Assembly: GCA_000043285.1 (NCBI GenBank)
Contig: BX248583.1
Location: 120,001-152,000 of the forward strand
Source: Candidatus Blochmanniella floridana
GTDB lineage: Bacteria > Pseudomonadota > Gammaproteobacteria > Enterobacterales > Enterobacteriaceae
Direction of reading: 5' to 3'
DNA length: 32,000 nt
The notes beneath the pieces were generated by a model, which worked only from the letters and a program-made list of their open reading frames with translations, had not been told where the DNA came from and searched no databases. Position numbers and translations under genes: made by a program. Below are positions 1 to 10,659 of this stretch, piece by piece (position 1 is the first letter of the stretch; every line of letters starts with the position of its first letter).

Positions 1-1218
1 ACTCGAGAATTAGCTATTCAAATAGGTCATGTATGTATGTATTTTATTAAGTCTTTGAGTCATATAATTAATATTGCAGTTTTATATGGTGGACAAAATT
101 ATAGAATTCAATTTAATGATTTAAAGAAAAATCCTCATATTATCATAGGAACCCCAGGTAGATTATTAGATCATTTAAGTCGAGGATTAGATATATCAAA
201 ATTAAAAACTTTGATTATAGATGAAGCTGATGAAATGTTACGTATGGGATTTATTGAAGATATAGAACATATTATTCGTTATGTTCCAACTCATAGGCAG
301 ACAGCATTATTTTCTGCTACTTTACCTGTGAGTATTAGAAAATTAAGTTATAAGTTTATGTGTAATCCTAAGGAAATCTATATCAATCCTAGTATTTCAG
401 CATGTGCTGATATTAAGCAGAGTTATTGGTTAGTACATGGTATATCTAAACATGAAGCTTTGATGCGTTTTTTGGAAGTAGAAAAGTTTGAAGCAGTAAT
501 AATATTTGTACGTACTAAATCTGCAACCTTGCAAATTTCTGAAATTTTGCAACGTTTTGGTTATAATAGTGCGGCTTTAAATGGGGATATGAATCAATCT
601 GTACGTTGTAAAACAATATCTCGTCTACGGTGTGGTACGTTGGATATATTGATAACCACTGATGTTGCCGCTCGTGGATTGGATATTAATCGTATTAGTT
701 TTGTAATTAATTATGATATTCCATGTAATTATAATGCTTACGTACATCGTATCGGAAGAACAGGTAGAGCTGGTCGTTCTGGAAAATCTTTGTTATTTGT
801 AGAACGTCAAGAATATCATTTATTTAATTATGTTATTAAAAGAAGAGTATTAAATTCTAATATTGTGAAAGTTAAATGTCCTACATCGAATGATTTGGTA
901 CGTTGTCGATTAAAAAAATTTACTGATAAAGTAGTAAATAATTTGGAATCTAAAGATATAGAACAGTATCAATCTTTATTAGGGAAAATAAAGATTGACT
1001 TGGATATAACTATAGAAAAATTAGCTGCCATTTTATTAAAAATAGCACAAGGTAGTCAATCATTAATAATATCATCAGATGATCAAAGAATAAATAAAAA
1101 AATAATTTATTATAATAAATCTGATTTAAAAAAAAATTCTGCGCATAAAAATAAAAGTTATTTTGTACATTCTCGTCGATCAATAAAATGTAGCAATGTA
1201 TATTATAAAAAAAAATAA
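1..1218 (+). CDS. deaD: ATP-dependent DEAD-box RNA helicase DeaD/CsdA (5' end outside the window; C-terminally short)
   Basis: Frame 1 is open from nt 1 (TRELAIQIGH... precedes the first Met at 37), so the CDS enters from upstream. It carries the motifs TPGRLLDH, IIDEADEML, FSAT and HRIGRTGRAG. It is collinear with E. coli DeaD from about residue 75. It ends at TAA 1216-1218 directly after an A9 run. Confidence 0.9.
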   Translation, partial: TRELAIQIGHVCMYFIKSLSHIINIAVLYGGQNYRIQFNDLKKNPHIIIGTPGRLLDHLSRGLDISKLKTLIIDEADEMLRMGFIEDIEHIIRYVPTHRQTALFSATLPVSIRKLSYKFMCNPKEIYINPSISACADIKQSYWLVHGISKHEALMRFLEVEKFEAVIIFVRTKSATLQISEILQRFGYNSAALNGDMNQSVRCKTISRLRCGTLDILITTDVAARGLDINRISFVINYDIPCNYNAYVHRIGRTGRAGRSGKSLLFVERQEYHLFNYVIKRRVLNSNIVKVKCPTSNDLVRCRLKKFTDKVVNNLESKDIEQYQSLLGKIKIDLDITIEKLAAILLKIAQGSQSLIISSDDQRINKKIIYYNKSDLKKNSAHKNKSYFVHSRRSIKCSNVYYKKK

Positions 1219-1589
1219 CTTTATGTAAATAGAGCTAAATTTGTGTTGTGTGTTAGTAAGTTAAAGTATGATATTAAAATAATAGCATAATATTGCATTA
1301 TTAAAATTATTTTTAATAAAGTTAATATGTATTATTTATACGTTGTTGAATGTTTATGTTTTAAATAAGTTTTGAATATACAATTAGTTGTAATTATTAA
1401 CTGAAATTATATGTTGTGATCATTTTGACTTGATAAGTAACATATATTTTTGAAGAAAGAAGTAATTTTTGTTAATAAGAATTAAAGGAATAATGTTGTA
1501 TTGTATATATCTAATAAAATAGATAGTACAGAATTGATTTCATCAAAATATTATAATTTATTATAAATAATATTTGTCATTGTATAATA

Positions 1590-1997
1590 ATGAATGTAGA
1601 TGTAGTTTTGAAAAGATTAGATATTACGTTATGGAAAATTCGATATCCCGCTATATTGAAAAAATCGGAATCAGTACAGTTGTTAATAAATTTACGTTTT
1701 TTAATAATTTCTGGTTTATTTATTTCTTTGGATGATCCCTTTGTACAAGATGTGATTCGTGCTATGCGTGTAAAAAATATAGAAGTGTATATAATTAATA
1801 TTAATGAGATTAATAATTTAATTTTACCTGTAAAAGTTTTAAATTATTGTTGGTGGGTTGGAGTGGAAGTTTTATGTGATTTTGGAGGAATATCTTTATG
1901 TACTGAATCATTAAATGTATTAAAATATGATATGAAAGGTAAACAAGATTTTTGGTATCAAATTTATCGTAATGTATATTGTGATTGGAGTAAATAA
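1590..1997 (+). CDS. holD: DNA polymerase III psi subunit
   Basis: This 135-aa ORF is collinear end to end with E. coli HolD (137 aa, recalled from memory). LDITLWKIRYPAIL matches LGITQWSLRRPGAL, DPFVQDVIRAM matches DPLVSDVLRAL, and C-terminal FWYQIY matches LWQQIC. In E. coli holD lies near thrA across the map origin. Confidence 0.7.
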   Translation: MNVDVVLKRLDITLWKIRYPAILKKSESVQLLINLRFLIISGLFISLDDPFVQDVIRAMRVKNIEVYIININEINNLILPVKVLNYCWWVGVEVLCDFGGISLCTESLNVLKYDMKGKQDFWYQIYRNVYCDWSK

Positions 1998-2359
1998 TTA
2001 TAGGTAGTAGTGTGTTTTGTTTACGAAAATTAATTTAATTGAATTTGGATGCTCACTATTTTGAGTATAAGTAAATATTTTATATTTCAATAAGTGATTA
2101 TGATATATCAGTATATTATATAATATGTGAATATTAGATATAGTTGAGTTTGCCGTCCTTATTTATAATGTTTTGTTTTATGTATGATAATTAAAATCAG
2201 GTTTGATTTTATTTTATTTTGAACAATAGATGTTTAAAATTATTGTAATAATAGTAATATTACTTTGATTATGATATAATCAATTATATTTTGTGTTTGT
2301 TCTAATTATTATTTTGAACTTGTGAGAAATTATAATATTTTCAAATAAAAGTATATATA

Positions 2360-2431
2360 AAATATACAGTGATCTGAATCGATATGTAATGAAAATTTTC
2401 ATTACATATCGATTCAGATCACTGTATATTT
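2360..2431. repeat. 72-bp perfect palindrome (36-nt arms, no spacer) ending 1 nt before the thrA SD
   Basis: I checked every pair by hand from the centre (2395/2396) out to 2360/2431 with no mismatch; 2359/2432 is the first mismatch. The arm is AAATATACAGTGATCTGAATCGATATGTAATGAAAA. The SD AGGAG lies at 2432-2436 and the thrA ATG at 2444. Confidence 0.97.
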
Positions 2432-2443
2432 AGGAGATAAAAC

Positions 2444-4900
2444 ATGCGAGTATTAAAATTTGGAGGAACTTCATTATCTAATGCAAGCCAATTTATACAT
2501 GTTGCTAATATTCTTGAAAAAAATGCTCAGAAAGAACAAATAGCAGTAGTATTGTCAGCCCCTGCACGCGTTACCAATTATTTAGTTGAAGCTATTAATA
2601 ATACATTACGTGGTAATAATATATTAGAGAGTGTTTTAAATATAGAAAATATTTTTAATACTTTACTGAAGGATATTGCTCAATTTCAGTCTAAATTTAA
2701 TTATGTAGTTTTTCATAACACTTTAAAACAGGAATTTAATAGTTTAAAACAATTATTACAAGGTATTTCGTTACTTAATTTTTGCCCTGACAGTGTAAAT
2801 GCTCATATTATTTGTTTAGGAGAAAAATGGTCTGTAATTTTAATGCAAGGGATTTTAATTGCAAAAGATCTTAAAATAATAAATTTAGATCCAGTTAAAT
2901 CTATTTTAACTCAGGGTGATGGGTATTCTACATCTGTAGTAAATATCGAGGAATCGACTTGTCGTATTCATAATGTGCTTTTATCTCATTATGCAGATAT
3001 TATTTTGATGGCTGGATTTATGGCTGGAAATAAAAAAGGAGAATTAGTTACGTTAGGACGTAATGGCTCTGATTATTCAGCGGCTATTTTGGCAGCTTGT
3101 TTGCAGGCTAGGCGCTGTGAAATTTGGACAGATGTAGATGGAATTTATACTTGTGATCCTCGTCAAGTGCCTGATGCAAGGTTATTACATGAATTATCTT
3201 ATCAAGAAGCTATGGAGCTTTCTTATTTTGGAGCTAAAATTTTACATCCACGTACTATTGTGCCAATCGCTCAATTTCATATACCATGTTTAATAAAAAA
3301 TACTTCAAAACCTGATTTTTCTGGAACGTTAATTAGCGCAAAGAATAAAGATATAAATATTATAGCTAAAGGTATTACGTATTTAAAAGATATGGTTATG
3401 ATAAATGTTTCCGGTCCAGGTATGAAAGGTATGATTGGAATGGCTGCGCGAGTATTTGCAGCAATGTCTAGAGCAACATGCTCAGTTGTATTAATTACTC
3501 AATCATCTTCAGAGTACAGTATTAGTTTTTGTGTTCCATATCAAGAATATGCAAAAGCATGTGATGCATTAGATGAAGAATTTAATTTGGAATTAAAAAA
3601 TGGATTATTAGAACCTATAGGAGTTATATGTGATTTAGCGATTATTTCAGTTGTAGGTGATGGTATGCGTACTCAATTAGGATTATCTGGAAAATTATTT
3701 GGAGCTTTAGCTCGAGCAAGTATAAATATTATTGCAATTTCACAAGGTTCATCAGAACGTTCTATTTCTGTAGTTGTAAAAAATAATGTTACTACTATAG
3801 GTGTGAAAGCTGTACACCAAACATTGTTTAATACTGATCAAATTATTGAAGTATTTATTATTGGAGTTGGAGGAGTTGGTAGTGCTTTGATAGAACAAAT
3901 TAAAAAACAGTATAGTTGGTTAAAAAATAAACATATTGATTTACGAGTATGCGGAATTGTTAATTCTCAGGTTATGTTAACTGATTCAGATGGTATAAAT
4001 TTAAATAATTGGAAATCATTATTAATACAGTCTTGCAAGTCTAGTGATTTAGAGAAATTAATTATTACTATTAAGCAATATCATTTGTTAAATCCTGTAA
4101 TTGTAGATTGTACGAGTAGTGAAAAGGTAGCAAATTATTATGTAAATTTTTTATCAGGTGGATGTCATGTGATTGCTCCTAATAAAAAAGCTAATACTGG
4201 ACCTATAGGATATTATCGTAAACTCAGGGAAACGATGGTTATAGCTCGTAGAAAATTTTTATATGATACAAATGTAGGAGCTGGTTTACCAGTAATAGAA
4301 AATTTACAAAATTTATTGAATGCTGGAGATGAATTAATAAAATTTTCAGGAATTTTGTCTGGATCTTTATCTTATATTTTTGGGAAATTAGATGAAGGTT
4401 TATCATTGTCTGAAGCTACTATTTTAGCTAAAAAGAATGGTTACACTGAACCTGATCCAAGAGATGACTTATCTGGTATGGATGTGGCTAGAAAATTATT
4501 AATTCTTGCTAGAGAGGTAGGATATGTGCTAGAAATGAAAGATATTAAAATTGAACCAGTAATACCTGATAATTTTATAAAGAATGATGTTATTTCTGTA
4601 GATAATTTTTTTGAGAAATTATTATCATTAGATAATATGTTTACTCTTAAAGTAAAAAAAGCACGGGAATCTGGTTGTGTATTGCGTTATATTGGTAATA
4701 TACAAGAAGGTAAGTGTTGTGTTAAAATGGAATCTGTAAATGATGAGCATCCTTTATTTCAAGTGAAAGATGGAGAGAATGCTCTAGCATTTTTGACAAA
4801 GTATTATCAACCATTGCCATTGATATTAAGGGGTTATGGAGCTGGAAATAACGTTACAGCAGCTGGTGTTTTTGCTGATTTGTTACGAACTGTATATTAG
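2444..4900 (+). CDS. thrA: Bifunctional aspartokinase I / homoserine dehydrogenase I
   Basis: 818 aa, collinear with E. coli ThrA (820 aa). Matching segments include [44 protein letters not shown] and [22 protein letters not shown]. The SD AGGAG sits 7 nt upstream. Confidence 0.97.
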   Translation: MRVLKFGGTSLSNASQFIHVANILEKNAQKEQIAVVLSAPARVTNYLVEAINNTLRGNNILESVLNIENIFNTLLKDIAQFQSKFNYVVFHNTLKQEFNSLKQLLQGISLLNFCPDSVNAHIICLGEKWSVILMQGILIAKDLKIINLDPVKSILTQGDGYSTSVVNIEESTCRIHNVLLSHYADIILMAGFMAGNKKGELVTLGRNGSDYSAAILAACLQARRCEIWTDVDGIYTCDPRQVPDARLLHELSYQEAMELSYFGAKILHPRTIVPIAQFHIPCLIKNTSKPDFSGTLISAKNKDINIIAKGITYLKDMVMINVSGPGMKGMIGMAARVFAAMSRATCSVVLITQSSSEYSISFCVPYQEYAKACDALDEEFNLELKNGLLEPIGVICDLAIISVVGDGMRTQLGLSGKLFGALARASINIIAISQGSSERSISVVVKNNVTTIGVKAVHQTLFNTDQIIEVFIIGVGGVGSALIEQIKKQYSWLKNKHIDLRVCGIVNSQVMLTDSDGINLNNWKSLLIQSCKSSDLEKLIITIKQYHLLNPVIVDCTSSEKVANYYVNFLSGGCHVIAPNKKANTGPIGYYRKLRETMVIARRKFLYDTNVGAGLPVIENLQNLLNAGDELIKFSGILSGSLSYIFGKLDEGLSLSEATILAKKNGYTEPDPRDDLSGMDVARKLLILAREVGYVLEMKDIKIEPVIPDNFIKNDVISVDNFFEKLLSLDNMFTLKVKKARESGCVLRYIGNIQEGKCCVKMESVNDEHPLFQVKDGENALAFLTKYYQPLPLILRGYGAGNNVTAAGVFADLLRTVY

Positions 4901-4936
4901 TTTTTATGATAAATAAATGAATAAGGATTATGAAAT

Positions 4937-5872
4937 ATGATTCGAGTTTATGCTCCCGCTTCTATAGCTAATATTGGAGTAGGATTTGATACATTAGGGA
5001 TGTCAATTAGTCCAGTAAATGGTGATAAATTAGGGGATTTTGTTAGTATTAAAGATGCAGATAATTTTTCTATAAAAATTAGTGGGTTATTTTATGATCA
5101 AATACCTATTAAATTGGAACAAAATATTGTGTTTAAATGTTGGAAGAGGTTTTGTGAGATTTCAAATCAAATACGTCCTGTAGAGATAAAGTTAGAAAAA
5201 AATGTTCCTGTTGAATCAGGATTGGGATCAAGTGCATGTTCTATAGTAGCGTCTTTAGTTGCAATTAATAATTATTATGGAAATTTATTAAATAATGATC
5301 AATTACTTCAATTGATGGGGGAAATGGAAGGTAAAGTTTCTGGTTCTATTCATTTTGATAATGTAGCTCCGTGTTTTTTAGGAGGAATGCGTATTTTTTT
5401 ATCAAAATATAAAAATACTAGTCAGTTAATTCCTAGTTTTGATAATTGGATATGGATCATTGCTTATCCTGGAATAAAAGTATCGACCGTAAAATCTCGA
5501 TCAGTGTTGCCTAAACAGTATAGTTTACAGGATTGTGTAGATTATGGTCAATATTTATCTGGATTTATTCATGCTTGCCATACTAGACAGGAGTTATTAG
5601 CTATTCAATGTATAGAAGATATTATAGCAGAGCCTTATCGTGCTAAATTATTGCCAGTCGATTTATCTTTTTTAAGATCATGTGTGAAAGAGAAAGGAGC
5701 AGTATCTTGTGGAATTTCTGGATCTGGTCCTACAATTTTTGTTTTGTGTAATGTTAAAAATGTGGTAGATGATATTTCTAATTGGTTATCTCGTTTTTAT
5801 TTACAAAATTCTTCAGGTTTTGTGAAAGTTTGTTCATTAAATAAATTAGGTTCTGATATTGTATTGGGATAA
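4937..5872 (+). CDS. thrB: Homoserine kinase
   Basis: 311 aa. The N-terminus [18 protein letters not shown] matches E. coli MVKVYAPASSANMSVGFD, and the GHMP-kinase motif [12 protein letters not shown] is present. It sits in thrABC order. Confidence 0.95.
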
Positions 5873-5875
5873 TTA

Positions 5876-7207
5876 ATGAAATTATATAATATTAAACAAC
5901 GTGAAGAAACGGTTAATTTTTTACATGCTCTTATACAGGGTTTAGGTAAGAATCAAGGATTATTTTTTCCAGTTGATTTGCCTAGGTTTTCAATTTCTGA
6001 AATTGATAATTTATTAGGAATGCAGTTTGTAGAACGTAGTGCATATATATTATCTAAATTTATAGGATCTGAGTTTTCACAAAATTGTATTTTAAATTGT
6101 GTAGAAAAAGCGTTTAATTTTCCGGTTCCACTAAATTTTATTAAAAAAAATGTTGCAATTTTAGAACTTTTTCATGGACCGACTTTAGCATTTAAAGATT
6201 TTGGTAGTCGATTAATGGCTCAAATGTTATTGATAACTATGGAAACACATAGGTATGAACAAGAAAAACCTATGGTTATTCTTACTGCTACTTCTGGAGA
6301 TACTGGAGCAGCTGTAGCCCATGCATTTTATGGATTAGATAATATACATGTGATTATTTTGTATCCTAGAAATAAGATTAGTATATTACAAGAAAAATTA
6401 TTTTGTACATTGGGTGAAAATATATCAACTATATCGGTAGAAGGAGATTTTGATATTTGTCAAGATTTGGTTAAAAAATCTTTTAATGATGATTTATTAA
6501 AAAAAATGCTGTATTTAAATTCTGCTAATTCTATTAATATCAGTAGGGTATTAGCACAGGTTTGTTATTATTTTGAAGCATTGGCTCAAATTGATTATGA
6601 AAGACGATATCATAATAATTTGATTATTTCAGTTCCTAGTGGAAATTTTGGTAATTTAACAGCAGGTTTGTTAGCTCAGAGTTCTGGGTTGCCTATAAAA
6701 AATTTTATTGCTGCGACCAATATCAATGATACAGTACCTAGATTTTTAACATCTGGACTGTGGAATCCATTACCTACTATTTCAACTTTTTCTAATGCTA
6801 TGGATGTGAGTTGTCCTAGCAATTGGAGTAGAATAGAAGAATTATTTAGACGGGAAAATAGGTCTATTTTTGAATTACAGTTTGGTAGTGTAAATGATGA
6901 ATTAATAAAAAAAACAGTGCAAGAAGTTGCAAATTTGGGATATATTTGTGATCCACATACTGCAGTAGCGTATCGATTATTGGATGATCAGTTATGTTCT
7001 GATGAATTTGGAATATGTTTGGGAACTGCTCATCCAGCTAAGTTCAAGGAATTGGTAGAATGTTTTTTAGAGGATAAAGTAAGTTTGTTAGTACCCAATG
7101 CTCTGAAAAAACATATGATATTACCAGTTCTTTCACATAAAATATCGGGGAGTTTTGCTGAATTAAGGGATTTGATTTATGATATAACCGTAAAATCTGA
7201 TATCTAG
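5876..7207 (+). CDS. thrC: Threonine synthase
   Basis: 443 aa. It starts MKLYNIK as in E. coli MKLYNLK and has the PLP-lysine region HGPTLAFKDFG. It begins 3 nt after the thrB stop. Confidence 0.95.
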   Translation: MKLYNIKQREETVNFLHALIQGLGKNQGLFFPVDLPRFSISEIDNLLGMQFVERSAYILSKFIGSEFSQNCILNCVEKAFNFPVPLNFIKKNVAILELFHGPTLAFKDFGSRLMAQMLLITMETHRYEQEKPMVILTATSGDTGAAVAHAFYGLDNIHVIILYPRNKISILQEKLFCTLGENISTISVEGDFDICQDLVKKSFNDDLLKKMLYLNSANSINISRVLAQVCYYFEALAQIDYERRYHNNLIISVPSGNFGNLTAGLLAQSSGLPIKNFIAATNINDTVPRFLTSGLWNPLPTISTFSNAMDVSCPSNWSRIEELFRRENRSIFELQFGSVNDELIKKTVQEVANLGYICDPHTAVAYRLLDDQLCSDEFGICLGTAHPAKFKELVECFLEDKVSLLVPNALKKHMILPVLSHKISGSFAELRDLIYDITVKSDI

Positions 7208-7362
7208 GATGTTTTAAAATTAATTCAGTATATGAATTTGTTTGTGTTTAATAGGTGTTGTGATTAATGTAGATGGAATATATGGTGTATTTATGTTTAT
7301 ATTTCATTGAATAATATTTAATATAAAAATTAATAACAAAATTGATCTATTTTTTGTTTGAA

Positions 7363-7387
7363 AAGTTTGAAAACAAACTTATTTTTG
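7363..7387 (+). terminator. Weak intrinsic-terminator-like hairpin downstream of thrC
   Basis: AAGTTTG-AAAA-CAAACTT forms a 7-bp stem with a 4-nt loop (7363-7380), followed by ATTTTTG. It lies just upstream of the dnaK promoter -35. The stem is AT-rich, so this is a weak prediction. Confidence 0.3.
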
Positions 7388-7390
7388 AGG

Positions 7391-7417
7391 TTGAAAAGTA
7401 CAGTTTTGGCCGCATAT
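7391..7417 (+). promoter_or_regulatory. Sigma-32 (RpoH) heat-shock promoter for dnaK-dnaJ
   Basis: TTGAAA (7391-7396), a 13-nt spacer, then CCGCATAT (7410-7417), compared with the consensus CTTGAAA-N13-15-CCCCATnT. The GC-containing -10 stands out in AT-rich spacer. It lies about 45 nt upstream of the dnaK ATG, and GGAG is present at 7451-7454. Confidence 0.55.
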
Positions 7418-7462
7418 CAGGTGCATGGTTTAATTAATTGTCTATTTAATGGAGATGTATAG

Positions 7463-9394
7463 ATGGGAAAAATTATTGGTGTTGATTTGGGAACAACCAA
7501 TTCTTGTGTTGCGATTATTGAGTCTAATAAACCTCGTGTATTGGAAAATAGTGAAGGGGATAGAACAACTCCTTCTGTTGTTGCTTATACCCAAGATGGT
7601 GAAATTTTAGTAGGACAACCTGCGAAACGTCAATCAGTCACCAATCCTAAAAATACCTTGTTTGCTATAAAGAGATTGATTGGGCGTCGTTTTCAAGATC
7701 AGGAAGTTCAACGTGATGTTAAGATTATGCCATATAAGATTATTTCTTCTAATAATGGGGATGCTTGGTTAGATATTAAAGGCCAAAAGATAGCTCCTCC
7801 TCAAATTTCTGCTGAAATATTAAAAAAGATGAAGAAAACTGCAGAGGATTATTTAGGAGAAAATGTGACAGAGGCTGTTATTACGGTTCCTGCGTATTTT
7901 AATGATGCTCAACGTCAAGCTACTAAGGATGCTGGACGTATTGCGGGATTAGAAGTTAAAAGAATTATTAATGAGCCTACAGCAGCAGCGTTAGCATATG
8001 GATTGGATAAAGAAGCTCATGGTAATCGTATTATTGCAGTATATGATTTAGGAGGAGGAACTTTTGATATTTCGATTATTGAGATAGATAATGTCGATGG
8101 GGAAAAGACTTTTGAAGTATTAGCTACTAATGGAGATACTCATTTAGGCGGAGAAGATTTTGATAGTCTTTTAATTAATTATTTGGTAGAGGAATTTAAA
8201 AAAGATCAAGGTATAGATTTATATAATGATCCTTTGGCGATGCAACGTCTTAAAGAGTCAGCGGAAAAATCAAAAATTGAATTGTCTACATCTCAACAAA
8301 CTGATGTAAATTTACCGTATATTACAGCAGATAGTACTGGACCTAAACATATGAATTTACGAGTAACTCGAGCTAAATTAGAATCTTTGGTGGAAGATCT
8401 AGTAAATAGAACATTAGATCCTTTGAAGACAGCATTAAAGGATGCTAATTTGTCTGTTTCTAGTGTAAATGATGTTATTTTAGTAGGTGGTCAGACTCGT
8501 ATGCCTTTAGTACAAAAAAAAGTATCTGAATTTTTTAATAAAGAACCTCGAAAAGATGTTAATCCTGATGAAGCGGTCGCTATTGGAGCAGCAGTACAAG
8601 GAGGGGTATTATCTGGAGATGTAAAGGATGTACTGTTGTTAGATGTTACTCCTTTATCATTAGGGATTGAAACTATGGGTGGAGTGATGACTTCTTTAAT
8701 AGCAAAAAATACTACTATTCCTACTAAGCATAGTCAAGTATTTTCTACAGCTGAAGATAATCAATCTGCTGTAACTATTCATGTTTTACAAGGAGAGCGT
8801 AAAAGAGCAAGTGATAATAAATCTTTAGGTCAGTTTAATTTAGATGGGATAGCTCCAGCTATGCGTGGAATTCCTCAAATTGAAGTTACTTTTGATATTG
8901 ATGCAGATGGTATATTACATGTTTCCGCAAAGGATAAAAATAGTGGGAGAGAACAAAAGATTACCATCAAAGCTTCTTCTGGTTTAAATGAAGAGGAGAT
9001 AAAAAAAATGGTTCAGGAAGCAGAAGCTAATGCAGAATCTGATCGAAAATTTGAAGAATTAGTGCAAATTCGAAATCAAGCTGATCATTTATTGCATAGT
9101 ACTCGCAAGCAATTAAAGGAGGTTGGAGATCGTATATCTTTGGATGATAAAAATTCTATTGAACAGTCGTTAAAAGAATTAGAATTAGTAATGAAAAATG
9201 AAAATAAGGGTGATATAGAATCTAAGGTTCAAGAGTTAATTAAGGTTTCTGGAAAGTTATTAGAAGCAAGTAGTCAGAAGTATAAAGAGAAAGTAAATGA
9301 TTCTAAATCTGATCTGAATAAAGATAAGTCGGAAACTGATGCTAGTGGAGATGTAGTGGATGCTGAGTTTGAGGAGATAAAAAATAAAAAATAA
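7463..9394 (+). CDS. dnaK: Molecular chaperone DnaK (Hsp70)
   Basis: 643 aa with the Hsp70 signatures [12 protein letters not shown]-like ([11 protein letters not shown]), [11 protein letters not shown] and [11 protein letters not shown]. The C-terminus [11 protein letters not shown] matches E. coli DAEFEEVKDKK. Confidence 0.98.
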   Translation: MGKIIGVDLGTTNSCVAIIESNKPRVLENSEGDRTTPSVVAYTQDGEILVGQPAKRQSVTNPKNTLFAIKRLIGRRFQDQEVQRDVKIMPYKIISSNNGDAWLDIKGQKIAPPQISAEILKKMKKTAEDYLGENVTEAVITVPAYFNDAQRQATKDAGRIAGLEVKRIINEPTAAALAYGLDKEAHGNRIIAVYDLGGGTFDISIIEIDNVDGEKTFEVLATNGDTHLGGEDFDSLLINYLVEEFKKDQGIDLYNDPLAMQRLKESAEKSKIELSTSQQTDVNLPYITADSTGPKHMNLRVTRAKLESLVEDLVNRTLDPLKTALKDANLSVSSVNDVILVGGQTRMPLVQKKVSEFFNKEPRKDVNPDEAVAIGAAVQGGVLSGDVKDVLLLDVTPLSLGIETMGGVMTSLIAKNTTIPTKHSQVFSTAEDNQSAVTIHVLQGERKRASDNKSLGQFNLDGIAPAMRGIPQIEVTFDIDADGILHVSAKDKNSGREQKITIKASSGLNEEEIKKMVQEAEANAESDRKFEELVQIRNQADHLLHSTRKQLKEVGDRISLDDKNSIEQSLKELELVMKNENKGDIESKVQELIKVSGKLLEASSQKYKEKVNDSKSDLNKDKSETDASGDVVDAEFEEIKNKK

Positions 9395-9525
9395 TAATTT
9401 TTATTATGAGAAGATATAGGTAGTAATTAAAATGAAGTGGTATTATGATTATAATTTGTTGTATAATTTTTATGTGTATTTTTATATAAAACGGGATTGT
9501 TGAGAATATATGGGTTAAGGTAGTT

Positions 9526-10659
9526 ATGGTTAAATCAGACTATTATGAAATTTTAGGCGTATCAAAGAATGCAGATGAGCGTGAAATTAAAAAATCTTAT
9601 AAACGCTTGGCTATGAAATTTCATCCTGATCGGAATCCCGGAGATGTTTCTGCGGAATCTAAATTTAAGGAAATTAAAGAAGCATATGAAGTTTTAAGTA
9701 ATCCAGAAAAACGTTCTGCTTATGATCAGTATGGTCATGCGATATTTGAACAAAATAGCGGAGGTATGGGTGGATCAAATACTGGAGGATCAGATTTTAG
9801 TGATATTTTTGGTGATGTATTTGGAGATATTTTTGGAGGTAGTAGAAGAAGTAGATCAAGAAGGGGTTCTGATTTACGATATGATATAGAGTTATCTTTA
9901 GAGGAGGCTGTTAAAGGGGTAGTTAGAGAAATTTGTGTTCCAACTTTGGTTACGTGTTTGCAGTGTCGAGGATCTGGAGCAAAATCGAGTGCATCAATTG
10001 TGTCATGTGTTACGTGTCATGGACATGGTCAAATACAGATGCGCCAGGGTTTTTTTTCTGTTCAGCAATCTTGTCCATCATGTAACGGTCATGGAAAGAT
10101 TATTAAGGAAATTTGTAATAAATGTAGGGGTAGTGGTCGTATAGAACGAACTAAAACGTTGTCTGTTAAAATTCCAGCTGGAGTAAGTACAGGTGATCGT
10201 ATTAGGTTATCAGGAGAAGGTGAATCTGGTAAAAATGGAGCTCCTGCAGGTGATTTATATGTGCAAGTACAAATTAAGAAGCATCCTATTTTCGATAGGG
10301 AAGAGAAAAATTTATATTGCGAGGTTCCTATTAGTTTTTCTATGGCAGCTTTAGGTGGGGAAATTGAAGTTCCTACTTTGGATGGTAGAGTAAAATTAAA
10401 AATCCCTCCCGAAACTCAGACAGGAAAATTGTTTCGAATGAGGGGAAAAGGAGTGAAGTCTGTTAGAGGTATAGGGGGTCATGGGGATCTGTTATGTAGA
10501 GTGGTTGTAGAAACTCCGGTTAGATTAAGTGATAGGCAAAAACAGTTACTTCAGGATTTATCAGATAGTTTTGGTGGTCCTTATGGTCATAAAAATAGTC
10601 CCAAATCTAAAACGTTTTTTGATGGAGTTAAGAAATTTTTTGATGATTTAACTCGATAA
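9526..10659 (+). CDS. dnaJ: Co-chaperone DnaJ (Hsp40)
   Basis: 377 aa. It has a J-domain with HPDRNPGD, a G/F-rich linker, and four CxxCxGxG zinc-finger repeats. The C-terminus [11 protein letters not shown] is identical to the E. coli DnaJ end. Confidence 0.97.
   Translation: MVKSDYYEILGVSKNADEREIKKSYKRLAMKFHPDRNPGDVSAESKFKEIKEAYEVLSNPEKRSAYDQYGHAIFEQNSGGMGGSNTGGSDFSDIFGDVFGDIFGGSRRSRSRRGSDLRYDIELSLEEAVKGVVREICVPTLVTCLQCRGSGAKSSASIVSCVTCHGHGQIQMRQGFFSVQQSCPSCNGHGKIIKEICNKCRGSGRIERTKTLSVKIPAGVSTGDRIRLSGEGESGKNGAPAGDLYVQVQIKKHPIFDREEKNLYCEVPISFSMAALGGEIEVPTLDGRVKLKIPPETQTGKLFRMRGKGVKSVRGIGGHGDLLCRVVVETPVRLSDRQKQLLQDLSDSFGGPYGHKNSPKSKTFFDGVKKFFDDLTR

Noticed and set aside
1207-1218. Poly(A) slippage rescuing a longer DeaD reading frame
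   Set aside because: Both the +1 and -1 frames after the A9 run hit stop codons within about 5-7 codons (TAG at 1230-1232, TAA at 1226-1228), so slippage would not restore a C-terminal domain.
1590-1997. Possible orphan or novel gene flanked by long spacers
   Set aside because: On inspection it aligns end to end with DNA polymerase III psi (HolD), so it is an ordinary core gene rather than a novel one.
2230-2431. Classical thr-type transcription attenuator (leader peptide plus terminator/antiterminator)
   Set aside because: The mini-ORF has no Thr codons, and no upstream segment is complementary to the left arm of the hairpin, so there is no antiterminator. The U-tract after the hairpin is interrupted (UAUAUUU). 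I kept it only as a low-interest speculation.
9935-10144. 69-aa ORF on the + strand inside dnaJ
   Set aside because: It is an alternative frame of the dnaJ zinc-finger region, and dnaJ homology fully explains this DNA.
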